This document shows positions 51,101 through 64,000 of a stretch of 64,000 bases of DNA, in pieces (the first letter of the stretch is position 1; each line of letters begins with the position of its first letter). Origin of the DNA: a virus (taxonomy: Duplodnaviria > Caudoviricetes); the IMG/VR virus record IMGVR_UViG_3300031994_000010, positions 1 through 64,000 of that record. One strand, written 5' to 3'. The notes under the pieces were generated by a model that saw only the letters and a list, made by a program, of their open reading frames with translations, made no database searches and was not told where the DNA came from. Both the position numbers and the translations under genes were made by a program.

Positions 51101-54100
51101 AAAGAAACAGAATTTGTAACAAGTTTGTTATAGGATTTACCTAGAGGAATTTCTTTAGTAGATTCAAATGGTGAACCTATGAATTCTGAATCTATGAGGT
51201 TATTATTAGAGAATAATCCAAGAATTGCATATAAAGATGGTAAACCCGATTTTAAAACTGGTTGGGCAACTAATAGAGCACTTATCTTAGGAAAATTTTT
51301 ATATGGGGATGAAGTACATATATTAACAACTAAGGAAGATTTAAAATCTTGGCCTGTATATAGAAATACTTTAGAATATATTAGAGATTTAGGATTAGAT
51401 ACTTCTGAATTTGATATTAATGATAGATTTAATTTAAAAAAATTCCTAAGCTTTGTAGCTGCTAATTATTAGTAGGCTGCAGAACATCATAAATATACAA
51501 GAGCTAAATCTTTAGCAACGAAGTTTTTAACTGAGTATTATAAAAACCATATTAAAACTTTAACTAAAAATCAAAAACAAGAAGTTGCTGATAATTATAG
51601 AAAATTTATCTTAGAAGGAATAGAATTAGGATATTACGATAGATAGTTAGAAGCAGAGGGATATACAAAAGACGATTTTGAGGGATTTGTTTAGGATAAA
51701 ATAACTAAGAGAATGGAAGCCTATGAAGAAGAGCCTGCTAAGATGATTAGTGCATATGCACATGCTGTTGCAGAGTCAACTCCGATGGAATCTATTCAAG
51801 ATATTAAAAAAGCTATTCAAAACAAACGTCCTTAGAATAAAAATAGTTTAGAAAATACCCTATTGACGAATCTTAAAGAAGAACTAGACAAAAAGGATAG
51901 TATTTTAACAGACTTAAAGTTTGAAGTAAATCCTGAGTTAGCTAAATATAATACTTTAGGTTATATGGCATCTGAAGAAGGATTAAATAGCCTTGTTGGA
52001 TCTCATGTTAATCATGAAGTTAAAGGTCCTTATAATCCTAATGTTGTAGAACTAAATTCAGCTGAAGTGTCTGCCTAGTCTAAACGTAATGTATCGTTAT
52101 CTTCTGCAAAAAACTAGTATTTAAGAACCGACCCACGAGGAGTTGGAAAAACCTGTAACTTAGCTATTATAGAAGATACTTATGGACATATATCAACTAT
52201 TAATGGTATTGAAGATAAAAAAGGTACAAAACCTCAGGATGGTGCAACATATGGAAACTACATATATAGAAAACAAGAATTATTTTCATTAGGCTCGCAA
52301 AGAGCTGGAATAGATAACTCAAAGCCTATTGGAAATGATCTTAATCCAGACACAGGAACTGGTACTATAGTAAAAACTGCCGTATTTGTTCTTACTAATC
52401 AACGAATCAGAACTTCTAAAAGGAATATAGATTTACATAGAAAAATGAACCATATTCCTTGGAAACATACTAAAGGATTTAACGGAGATTATCTACATGA
52501 TTATAACGGTAATGAGATTAACTATAATAAAGTCTTTATTTATAAACCTTCTACTGGAAAATACTATCACCGAACTAATTTTAGAATATTGACCGATGGA
52601 AAAACTTAGTTTGATGAATATGAAGTACCAAGCAACTTTTCAGAATTAATGAAAGCTGGTGCTAGTATGAATAACATTTTAACTAACAAGATAGAAAGAA
52701 CTACATCTAGACCTGTAAACACCAATTATGAGTTATGGGATTTATTTGGTGGTGCTTATTCTGCACATATTAATCCAGATACTCTTGAATTGGAATACGC
52801 AAATGATAATACTTCATTAGAAAATGTATATATAGCTAGTTATAATGTTGGAACAGTTCTTGGAAGTGGTTAGGTAATTACAGATGAAGATGTATATTTA
52901 CCAATTAGAGATTCTAAAATAGATTGGGTGGTTACCTAGGGTGCTATTAAACATGGTGCTACTAATGTTAACTATGGTGGTAGTAGAGCTATAGAAGATC
53001 CAAATTATAAATTAACTACTCAAAAAATGAGTACCGCTGATGTAGGTATGTAGCTTAATCCAGAACATATTGCAGATAAATCTACTTTAACTTTGATGAC
53101 TCAGGTTATAAATGCTCTTGGTTTAAGAGGTTATAGTAATATAGAAGCACATAAATGTTATAAAGCTCTGGAATCTTTAACTAATATATGTTTAAAAGAA
53201 GTTTTTGAAGGAATTGGTATTGATGTTGAAACTGGAAATTCTTAGGAATTTAAAGATGCTGTAGCTACAATAGTATTAAAATCTTTAGCTAATACTAGTC
53301 CAACTGGCGGGGATTTATTATCTGCAATAGTAGCATAGCTGGATATGAGCGGAAATGTGGAGCATGCTTATGATGTTATACGTTCTAAGTTACCAGTTAG
53401 TGATCCAGCTATAATGCATAAATTCATAAGCAATATTAATGCTACTATGACTAAAGCTGGAATTAGAATTCCTATGCAAGGTATTATGGATGTACTTGTT
53501 CCTTCAGATGGAATTTACAAAATACATGGAGGGAAAATTAGAAATATAGCTAATACTTCTAAATATCCTGGATAGGATTCCTTAATAACTTTAAACAAGG
53601 ATGAATTATCAGAAAAAGAATTTGAGTTATAGCAATTAAAAGTCCTTCAAGAGGAAGCAGATACACATCCTTTATAGTTACATGAAATAACTATAGGAGC
53701 TTCTTATTATATATAGATAACTAGTCCAGATGGAGAAGTGACTAAATCTTCTATATCAACTAAAATAGATGATAAATTTAGTTACTATAGGTTACGCGAT
53801 AAATTAAAAGACTATGTAGATGCTGGATTTAAATGTAATTTAATAGAAGATGTAATAAAAGGTAGAGAACTTTCGTCTTATGATGCACAATGGCGAGATA
53901 CTAAAGGGTTTAATTATAAACTTTGGGACTTAGAATCTACTTATTACTTAACTAATTTATTAAATGGTTAGGCATCTCAATATTATAATTAGGTATTACA
54001 AAATCCAAATATTTTATCAGAAGTTTTTCATGTAAACCCAACAGCTATAAATTTAGATTCTGAAAAAGAGTTTGTTAACAGTTTACAAAAAGCTTTAAGA

Positions 54101-57100
54101 GCTAATTTATAGAAGGATTTAAATAGTATAGGTAGTGGTAATAGTACTGGTGTAAGAGTTCTTAGAAATATTAATGACTCTTCTTCTGAAAAAGAATTCA
54201 TTACTATTTAGGTAGCAAAAAATAGTACAAAGGTAAAACCTTATGAATTAATTGCTTCTAAAACATATGCTACCACTTTTGGTTTACGAGTTGGTGATGA
54301 CATTTCAGAAATAGTAAATGATTCTAATTTCTTCTTAAAGAGATTACTAGAAAATAAGAAAGAAAATGTAGCTCCTACAGATTATGATTTAGCCTTACGG
54401 TCAGTTTCGGGCAAAAACTATTATATTAGATACAAATGTTAGTATTCTAATACTAATGGCTTAAGTAACTCTCCACTTAGACTAGACACAGAATGGGATG
54501 GAAATACATTGTATAGATTAGATTCAGATTCTGGAAAACGACTATATAAGATTCCATATCATTATGATGATAATCATAGAGTAGTTATGGATATTTAGGT
54601 ATATACTGATGTAAATGGTCATGAAATTATATACACTAATAGATTATCTGAGATACTGGATTTATTTTCTTATTCTTATATAGATTTTGGTTCTCCTACT
54701 GTAAATGATAAAAATGAATAGAAATTTTTAGAAATTTTAAAAGTTTTAGAAACAGTTGATAAGAATTCTGTTAAAAACTTAGTAGAAGCAATTAAAACTA
54801 GTTCTTAGGAATCTAATCTTCCAGCAGTTAATATAATAAAAGAACTTACTACTGCTAAAGAAAATGAATTAGCTAAGTTAAATGCAGCTATTTAGAATAA
54901 AGAAAAAATATCGTTCTTAGAATATTCTCCAGTTACTAGACAATTAATAGCTTCGGGAAATGAATTACATACTTCCTTCTTAGAATCTTGTCATTATCTA
55001 GTATCCAGAACCCCAGCATAGTCTCACCAATCCTTTATGCCTATGGTATTAATAGGTTTTGATGAATCTGGAGTAAACTCTGCTTATGTAAGTAGATATT
55101 AGTTATATTTATAGGGTTCTGACTTTGACGTAGATAAGGCTTCTTTATTAGGATATGTTTTTAATTCTGGTAAATTTGTTACTTGGAGTCCATTTATGAG
55201 CCTAGCTTATTAGGAAATATTTGATGCTTCTAAAGATTTACCTTTCCCTACAGGTAATAAAGTATAGGTTGGAGAAATAACTAGTGATATATATGATTCT
55301 ATAGATAAACCTATTAACATTAATGTATGGGAAGATGATTATGTCGAATTTGAAATCTCTGGACAAATAATTTCTATATAGAATTTGGGTGATAATAAAT
55401 ATTTAATAAATTCGCCTAACTATAATAAGTTGAATAAACTTGATAAATTCTTAATTAAAAAGGCTATATGGGATAAATTACCAGAAGGAGCAAATATTTA
55501 GACAACTATATCTGATTTCTAGATAGGATTTACTAAAAATTCTGAAACTGAGTTAGGTTTTACTTATACTAAGTAGGGAACTTATGATAATTTAAGTTCA
55601 TTTAATGAGTTTATAGATGCATATGCTGACCTATATACTAAAGAAGGCAGATTAAAGAAATCTCCAAATAATATTAGGCGATTAGCTCAACTATTTGACA
55701 TTCTTAATAATTTTGGAGTTATTCCACCTGCTGAAGATAATTCTTTATTAAGTTTTATTTAGAGAGATTTTGATGCACATAATACTTATTTTGAAAAGCA
55801 TTCTGATGCAAAAGATGCTGCAATAAACTATGTTAGTTCTGCTGCATTTAAAGTATCAGCTGACCCTGTAAATAATATTTAGGCATCTACTTCTGTGGAC
55901 TTCTAGACTGGAATAGTTAAAACTCTAGCAAATCAATCTAAGTTAGCAGAATAGTCTAGACATTTTGATACTGGAAATGAAATGTCTAAATTTAGGCTTA
56001 ATAAATTAACATTATCTGGTAAATCAGATACAGGTATTGAAGCTTCTGCACTTAAAGTATATGAAGCTGAATATTAGTATACTTGTCATGTTTTAAATTT
56101 TGGAACAACTTAGGAATAGCATGAGTTACTTTCCGATGCTAGACTGTTAGGAAAGTCTATGCCTTTAGTAGCAAATGCTTTTGCAAAGAATATAACAAAT
56201 ATTAAGGATAAAGATATTTATGATATACTTTAGGAAGTAGATTAGTCAGAAGATGCTGTTATTTGGTTAAGTGCATTTTTAAGTTTATCTACTGATAATG
56301 CAAAAGACCCCACTTTAACTAAGATTAATGCTGACCCAGAAATGATTGGCTTATATAATGCTGGATTTATTCTTGGATTACCTATTGAAACTCTAATTCG
56401 TACTATTAATTCTGATACTGGGCGTATTTTGGCTGAAGTCTAGAAAGGTAATATCTTAACTAACTTAGATGGCCAAAGTATGGTTACTGGTGCTCTTAAT
56501 TATCTACGAAGAGGACCTAACCTTTCCTATATATCTAGCATTACGTCTATTACTGATACTATTGATACTGCATTACAAAACGCAGGATTAAAGTCTGATA
56601 ATGAAAAAATAAATGGGCATAACTTAATATCTTATTTGTTAGGAGGACAACGAGATTTACCTGCTATTTATACAGCCAAAAATGTTATAAGTGCTTTAAG
56701 ACAAACAATCTACGGAGATTCTGAAGTTGATGTAATTAATATTAATTAGGCAATTAGAAATAGACTAAATAGTTAGAAACGTTCATTAAATAGACTGGAC
56801 AGATAGATAATAGGATTAGAGAAGGTTATTGAGGAGTTAAAAGCCAATAAGAAATCTACAAAACGTCTTGAAAATAAAATAACTAAGTTATCTGAGGATA
56901 AAGCTAAGTTATAGAATAGTATAGATTAGTTAGTAGATATAACTGAAAATTTAAGACTAACAGGTGATGTTGGAACTGGCTCTGGGGATGAATATGAATA
57001 TGCTAAAAAGTTATAGAAAGATATTGCAAAAGCAGAGCAGGCACATTCTAGAATAACTGGAACTACTGTTAAAGGAATTATTGATAACATGCATTCCTTT

Positions 57101-58882
57101 AATAGATTATTATCAGATTTAGAAATATATTTAAATTATTTAGAAACTATTGCCAATGAGCCTGGGATTGTTGGAGAAAATGGAAGAGAGTATAACCTTT
57201 TGGATGTTATAACATAGTTAAACTATAAAGCTCAAGAAATGTCTCTATTAAGACCTTTACTTGGATTAAACTAGCAACTTCCAAATTCTTAGGAAGACTT
57301 CTTAGCTTTTGTTAATAATTTTGGTGAAATCATTAATAGTAGAAAAAAATTACTTGGAGATTTTAGTGCTACTGAATTAGATAATTTTGAGTCTTTAAAT
57401 GAAAGTTTGGGTATTTCAGGATTAACTGTAGACTTACATTAGTTTATATGGAACCCAGAATATTAGAAAGCAGCAATTGCAGCATATGGAAGTATAAAAT
57501 ATCAAGTAAACGTCTTAGATTGTATTACTAAAGTTCCTCATTATTTTGGATATTTAAGAACAGCTGAAGCTGCTTATAGAATTAATAAAGCTTTAAGTAT
57601 CCAGTTTAGAGATCAAGATATTATTCTACAAAAAATAATAAGAGGAGATCTTAAGGTTTATAAAAAAGCCGATGTAGCTAAGAGATTAAAATTAGCTTCT
57701 GCTTATTTAGCTAGAAGATTAAACAACGGATTTTTACAAAGATAGAATTTAACAATATCTATAGGAGAAAAGAACATAACTTTGGGTACTCCTGAAGGTA
57801 ATGATGCTTTTATACAATGGATGGAAAATGAAGTAATCCCTTAGTTAAAAGATACTTTTAGAAATAATGAATTCTTAAAAACAATAACTCGGGCTGCTTA
57901 TCATAAAGCAGATAGTAGAAATACTATATATCCATATACAACTTTAGTAGATAGTATGTCTCAAAGTGAATCCGAAAAGAGTTAGTATTACGCTGTTTAG
58001 TAGGGATTAACTGAACTCACTACTTTTAAAAATTCAAAATTTGGAAACATACCATATGTAGATTTATTCTTCTATTATGATTTAATTTGTTATAATAGAC
58101 AACCTGGAAGGTCCAGTTTAACTCCTCTATTTAATAGTTTAGTTGCATCTAGAAGAAGTTCTACTGTAAACAAATATATAGAATACGTTTCTACTTTAGA
58201 CTAGAGTAAACTAAGCTTGTTAGGAGAATTAGATGAGTCTTTAATAGATGAAATTGAAAGATACATAGCTCCAAATGTTTCTATATATGAACTTAATAAA
58301 TCTAAAGAAAAATATTAGTTTGTAAAAGACCCAGCTACTAAAAAGAATTATTTAGTTAGAACATTGGAAAAGTAGAGAAAATCTTCTGGTGTTCCTGATG
58401 AAGCATTAGATTCATTGTATGATGATTTAGAAGCTGATTAGTATTTTAGTTTAGATGATTTATCCGAATTTTCAGTAGAATATTCCGAATATACTAGAAT
58501 GCTTTCTCTTAGGGAAAAAATTAATAATGAATTAAGAGAACAATTTGCTTTAATAGATACTGCCTTAAGTAGATTTAATCCATATTTGATAACTGATAAT
58601 TCTATCTTAGGATTTGGAGAAATGGGCTTAGATATCTAGGTAAATTCTAATAGTGTTAGTATTCAAGGTACAACTGTTACTTTAGATGAAAATGGAAAAT
58701 TAACTAATACTTCAGAATTGTTTGAAAAACTCCAAACTTTAGCTAAACTAAACGGTCATCAAATTAATAGTATAAATGATATAATAGTTTCAAAAGTAGA
58801 TGTAACTAATAAGACCAAAGTTATAGATGTAGAAGAGACAACTAATAATATAAATAATTGTATGCAAAAATGTGAGATATGA
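48155..58882 (+). CDS. Virion RNA polymerase (crAss-type two-barrel), ~3575 aa
   Basis: SRTPAQSHQSFM followed by catalytic QGSDFDVDK (DFDVD at 55121-55135), and later LSTDNAKDP. All + strand track fragments from 49223 to 56480 share the frame. Confidence 0.85.
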
Positions 58883-59940
58883 TAGCTTGTGATATAAATA
58901 AACGTTCATTCAAATACCAGACATTGAAAAAAATGTCTGGTATTTCTGAATTTAATCTAGATAATACTATTACTTTATTTTAGAATAAATTTGGAAGAGA
59001 CCCAGAACTTGATGAATTACCAAGAGTAAATTCCGAACCTTATCTACGTGAAAAGCTTCCTATTAAGAACTATTCTTAGATGGAAGGAGTAAAAAATGAT
59101 GCTGTATTAGAATATACAAGTAGTGATACTATAGAATAGGCCAATATTACCTTAAATAACCAGTATAAAGATTTAGAAATAGAACTAACTCCATATTAGA
59201 CTTTTAGTGTAATAAATATTAAACATAGACCAACTACTACTTAGGATATAGTTGATCCAATCGACGTAGAAACTGATTTTTCTATAGAAAAAAGTAAAAT
59301 AGTTTTAACGAATCAGTTAAATAAATTACAAAAGTTATATGGTATAGATATAGTAGCTACTGATAGTGAAAAATTAAAAGAATTAGGTATACCTAATACT
59401 GATTTGGTTAAAGGAGTAATTCATAATGGAACTATTTATATTAATACTGATAATTCTACCATAGACACTCCAATTCATGAGTTAATGCATATATTTTTTG
59501 GAAGTATTAGATATACTAATCCTAACTTATTTTTTAGTCTAGTAAATTCCGTAGAACAATTACCAAGATATAATGAATTTGCATTATAGTTTCAGGGAAG
59601 AACTAGAGGGGATGTTAATGAAGAAATATTTGTTTAGGAATTTGCTAAATTTTTAACTGGCGCTCCAAGTTTATTTGATAAAGTTTCTGGGATTGACAAA
59701 ATTCTTTATGAAGTACTAAGAAATATTGATTCTTTAATTTCTGGAAATTATAGTGTTAAATCTATATAGAGTGGAATCTTTGATAAATCTGTACTTGAAT
59801 TATCTAAAATATTAGAATCACCAATAGTAAATAATTGTCAATATGGGTCTTTAACTCTAGATACTTTACATAGAGTATTAGCTAATTATAAAGAAGATTT
59901 AATTTCAAAGGGTAAACTAAAAGAAGAATGTTATGGCTAA
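58879..59940 (+). CDS. Zincin-like metalloprotease protein, 353 aa
   Basis: KGVIHNGTIYIN...DTPIHELMH (59476-59490)...EEIFV. Confidence 0.78.
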
Positions 59941-62900
59941 TTGTAGATATGTATTAGGAAGTAAGGTGTTTAATTCAGAAATAGAATTAGATGATTACTT
60001 ATCTGCTATAAAAGATATACATAAAAAATACGGGGATGAAGTTTTTAGTCAAAGATGGAAACCTATTCAATTAGGCTATAGAGACAAACTTTATCATCAA
60101 AAAGATATATTAGAAGAAGAGGTAAAAGCAGGAAGAATTGTTATTGAAACTTCTAATTTAGAAGATAATGATTTAGATGGTATAGTAGGAAAGTTAGATC
60201 GTCGTGGAGTAAGTTAGTTAATGAAAGAACTAGTTTCTACTACTAATGCTTAGTTATTTCCCGAATTTAGAGCAGATGATTATTGGAGTAGAGTTAAACG
60301 TAGAATGGCCGCAGGTGATTTTAGTGACTTTAAAAATGACCAGAAAGATGATTTATGGGTTATTTTTGATGAAAAAGATGCTGAAGGCAATTATATAACT
60401 CATCCTATAACTTCTGAAGAAGAATTTGAACACGTCAGAGAGAAATTTACTAAAATGTGGGAACAACAAAGTATGATTGGTACTGTGGTTCATGATATTT
60501 TTAGTATTTATTATAGTGAATTTTCTTCTGGAGTTCAGAATAAAAGTTTAACAAAAAGTTAGAAACTAGAAAAAATAAAAGAAATTATTTCTAAATCAAA
60601 TAATTATAAAGATTTAGTATCTAAATATAATAACAATATATTATTAAATGATGCTTTTTTAGAAAATGTTTTAAAGAATTGTGATAAATTTAACGAACAT
60701 CTTAGAACTTCTAGGGATTTTGGGCCGAACGTAATGTGTATTCCAGAAGCAACTATAAAAGGTATTGCAGTTACGAATAATGATACTAAGACTGTAGTTG
60801 GTAGAATGGACTTATTGGTAATTGGAGACAAAGGACAAATTGATATTATTGATTTTAAATGTTCTCCAAGAGATTATTCAAAGTATGATTCAGCAAAAAC
60901 TCTTACTTTTGAATATTAGTTAGCTATATATAGAAGAATATTACAATAGCTTGGAATTAATTCTGGAGAAGGTATAAGATTATGGGTTTCTCCAATAAAA
61001 TTCTCTGGCTTTACTCTAGATGACTAGGATAGAGTGCAAGTTACTGGAGTTGAGTTACATGACCCAGTTATAAGGGAACTTCCTAACTCTAGGTCTACTA
61101 TTGATGATACTAGATACTAGACTGTAGAAAATAATCTTGATAAAGCTTTTAAATCTAACTATGTAGAAGATATATCAGCTGATGAGATATTATCAAAAGT
61201 TCAGACTTGGATTAAAAAAGTATTTCCACAATACGGAGAGTTTAAAGAAATTACTGACGAAGGAGTTCAAAAATATGCTAAGGATAAAGTAAAATAGGAT
61301 AAAACTACAGGAAAATGGGCATTTTACAGATATAAGAATCATTCTCCTGAGTTTGTATCAGATACAGAAGAACAAGTTATTGCACAAATTAAATAGGAAT
61401 GGATTTCTAATAGAGCCAGAAATATAGAAAAAACTAAGGAAATTAAACGAGATTTAAAAAGAGCTACTGAACAAAACTTAGGAAAGAGTGCAGAATTTAA
61501 CATAATATATAAGCAAAAAAACTAGAAAACTGCTAAAATACCAGATTGGGCTTAGCAATAGTTACAAAAATATGCCACTAATTTATATTAGATAGTTAAT
61601 ACCCCAGAAGCTTTTGATGCATTAGGAATAATATTAGTTAGAAATACTTTAACTCAACAAATAGATGTAATTAAATTATCTCCAACACATGATTTAGATG
61701 CTAAATTTAATTTTGGCAATGGTAGGAATACCTTATTAGGAAAGTGGTTATCTGATTAGGCAGTCAGAAGTAGACCTAATAATAGAATAATGGATGCTAC
61801 TAGAGGTAATGTGGAGCTTATGGAGACTATGTATGCACTAAATTGTATGCCAAGTCTTTTTGCAAATAATAATGCTCACCTTGGAGAAATTCAAGTATTA
61901 TCTTCCTATAATGAAGGCGGGGGTGCTTATAATGGCATTTTGGTTAATAACTTCAAAGAATTAATTAAGTTTTCTAATAGTAAAGAATCTCCAGAAGTAG
62001 ACCATTTTAGTGATGATACTATTAAAGTTGCCAATTTTCTTTAGCTCGCTACAGATAATTTAAAAAATATAATAACTAATTTTTCTACAGAGGGTAGATG
62101 GGATTTTGCACAAGAGTCTTATGACAACATAGTTAAAGCGGCTGGAAATAGAACTGAAACTATGGCAGAGTTAATGAAACTTAAGGATAAATTAGAAAAA
62201 TTTGCTGGAAATATCCTAGCAAATAATGTGCAAACTACTTTATATGATGAATATGCTTCCCCTGAAGTTAAATTATATGCTTAGGTAATGTTAGCTATAG
62301 GAGAATGTGGAGGATTAAATTATCAATAGCAATATAAAGACCATGCTAAATATTATGAAGGAAATATTATAAGAGCATTCTTATGGGATGGATTTAATGG
62401 AAATTTAGTAGATAATCCAGGAACTTTACGAAGTGAGACTCTAAACCAAGCCTCACACTTGATAGACATAGCTTATTAGAATATTAGAGATTAGTTATCT
62501 AATTATAGAGCAGAATTAGAAAAACCCCTTGATAAAGTTAAAAGTCTTCATTCTACTAACAGTCAAGAAGAATTATATAGAATATTTTATGATAAAAATG
62601 TAAAGGATGATTTAGTATTTAAAAATCCATTTACAGATACTACTCTAGATGATTCTCAAAGAGAATTGTTAAAAAAGGTTCTTTTAGATATTAATAAACG
62701 TAGAGACTCTTCCATAAACACAATGGAAGATTTAGAAGCAAAGATACTTACAGATTCTACCGTTTTATTAGTACCTTTAATTAAAAAGAGTGGTAAATCT
62801 GTTAGTAAATCTATTTCTGGATTTTTCTCTAATCTAAGAGAAACTTTAACTAATTTTAATCCAAAAAATTGGAAAGATTCTATTAAGGAATCTGTTGCAC

Positions 62901-64000
62901 AAATGACTGCCGACCCTGAAGAAAAACCAGAAACTATAGATAACATTTGGGAAATGCAAAATAGTATAGATGCTAGTAAAAATCCTAACAATAGAGAAGA
63001 AATAATAACTATGGGAGGAGGAATTGAAAACTTTGAAATAAACTTAGAAATGCTAGCATTAAAACATGAATATGCTTACATTTAGAAAAATGAAGTTAAT
63101 AAAGTTCTCCCTTTTATTAAAGCATTATCTATACATTTAGCTAATTAGGGTATTATATTGAATGATAACTTTGAAAATGATATAACCTATATTTAGAATT
63201 TTATAAAAGCCAAAGTCTAGAATAAAAGTCTACAAAATTTAGAATCTTTAGGAAAAGCCCAAGAATTAGCTCAAGACTTAATGAAGACTACCTCTATATT
63301 AGCTTTAGCATTTAATCCTAAATAGTTGTATTAGATTATTGACGGCCTGTGGAAAGATATTAGAATAGTATTCTAGAACTCACATATAGATGGAGATAAA
63401 GCTTTCTCCTTTAAAAATTTCAAAGATGCTTTCTTTTGGATATTACACGATGTTGCTAATTTTAATGGAGAATTTTCAGTAGGAGAAGGATTAAACTAGC
63501 TATACGGAATTAATGACATGGATATTAATTCATTACCATCAAGATATGCTAAAGATACCTATGGTACTGATAGATTACAAAAAGCTATGTTTAGGTTTGC
63601 TTCTAGACCAGACTACTATAATCGTCTTACTATATTTGGAGCTCAAATGAGAGGAGATGGATGTTTTGATGCTCACTCTATTAAAGATGGAAAATTAGTA
63701 TATGATTGGACTAAAGATAAACGATTTGATGTTTTTGCAGCTGCGAAGGGAGATATAAATAAAGCTACTGATAAAGAAAAATTTAATCAGTAGAAAGCAT
63801 TATATTATGCTATGGCTTAGGATTTTGTAAGAGAAGGTGCAGTTAATCCGGATGGAACTTTATTTGAGCTTGATATTAATCATCCTAACGCTTTACCGAA
63901 AGCCTACACAGTTAAATAGTCTGAAGCTATGAAGGCTCTTGGAGATAGAACTTATGGTTACTATGCTTCTGAAAAGAAGTCTCTTATTCAAAGTTTTACT
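59933..64000 (+). CDS. Giant virion-type protein with N-terminal RecB-like PD-(D/E)xK nuclease domain, 3' partial (>1350 aa)
   Basis: GTVVH...PE...GRMDLLVI...IDIIDFK...YQLAIY. The frame stays consistent through track ORFs 59933 to 63518 and is open at the window end. Confidence 0.78.

Noticed and set aside
48155-58882. Intein or intron in the RNAP gene
   Set aside because: The frame is continuous, and I noticed no intein terminal motifs or group I core elements. An HMM scan would be needed to exclude them fully.
1-64000. Interpretation as a decayed prophage or pseudogene field
   Set aside because: The interruptions I traced are in-frame TAGs, I saw no frameshifts, and catalytic motifs are intact. 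Recoding explains the pattern.

Overview
This AT-rich window is the late/virion region of a large crAss-like (Crassvirales) phage with a probable Bacteroidota host. It uses an alternative genetic code in which TAG is read as Gln, which is why the standard-code ORF track looks shredded. Read with TAG=Gln, the + strand is almost fully coding, with about 30 tightly packed genes, and every gene end I traced is TAA or TGA. Gene order: (1) paralogous fibre/spike and Cys-rich structural genes; (2) a DUF5675 L,D-peptidase-like gene; (3) an acidic scaffold-like gene; (4) the major capsid protein, split by two group I introns that each carry a GIY-YIG/NUMOD homing endonuclease; (5) ring, auxiliary-capsid and muzzle-type genes; (6) cargo proteins; (7) four consecutive virion-type genes, three of them giant, carrying an SF1 helicase domain, the virion RNA polymerase (DFDVD), a zincin HExxH protease and a RecB-like PD-(D/E)xK nuclease. 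The most unusual signals are matched terminal cysteines linking those four proteins head to tail, a recurrent xxxGG peptide tag across cargo proteins, and a small TAG-free gene with its own host-type promoter and terminator. Long ORFs were checked by frame consistency and spot translation, not codon by codon. Product names come from motif recognition and synteny, not database searches.
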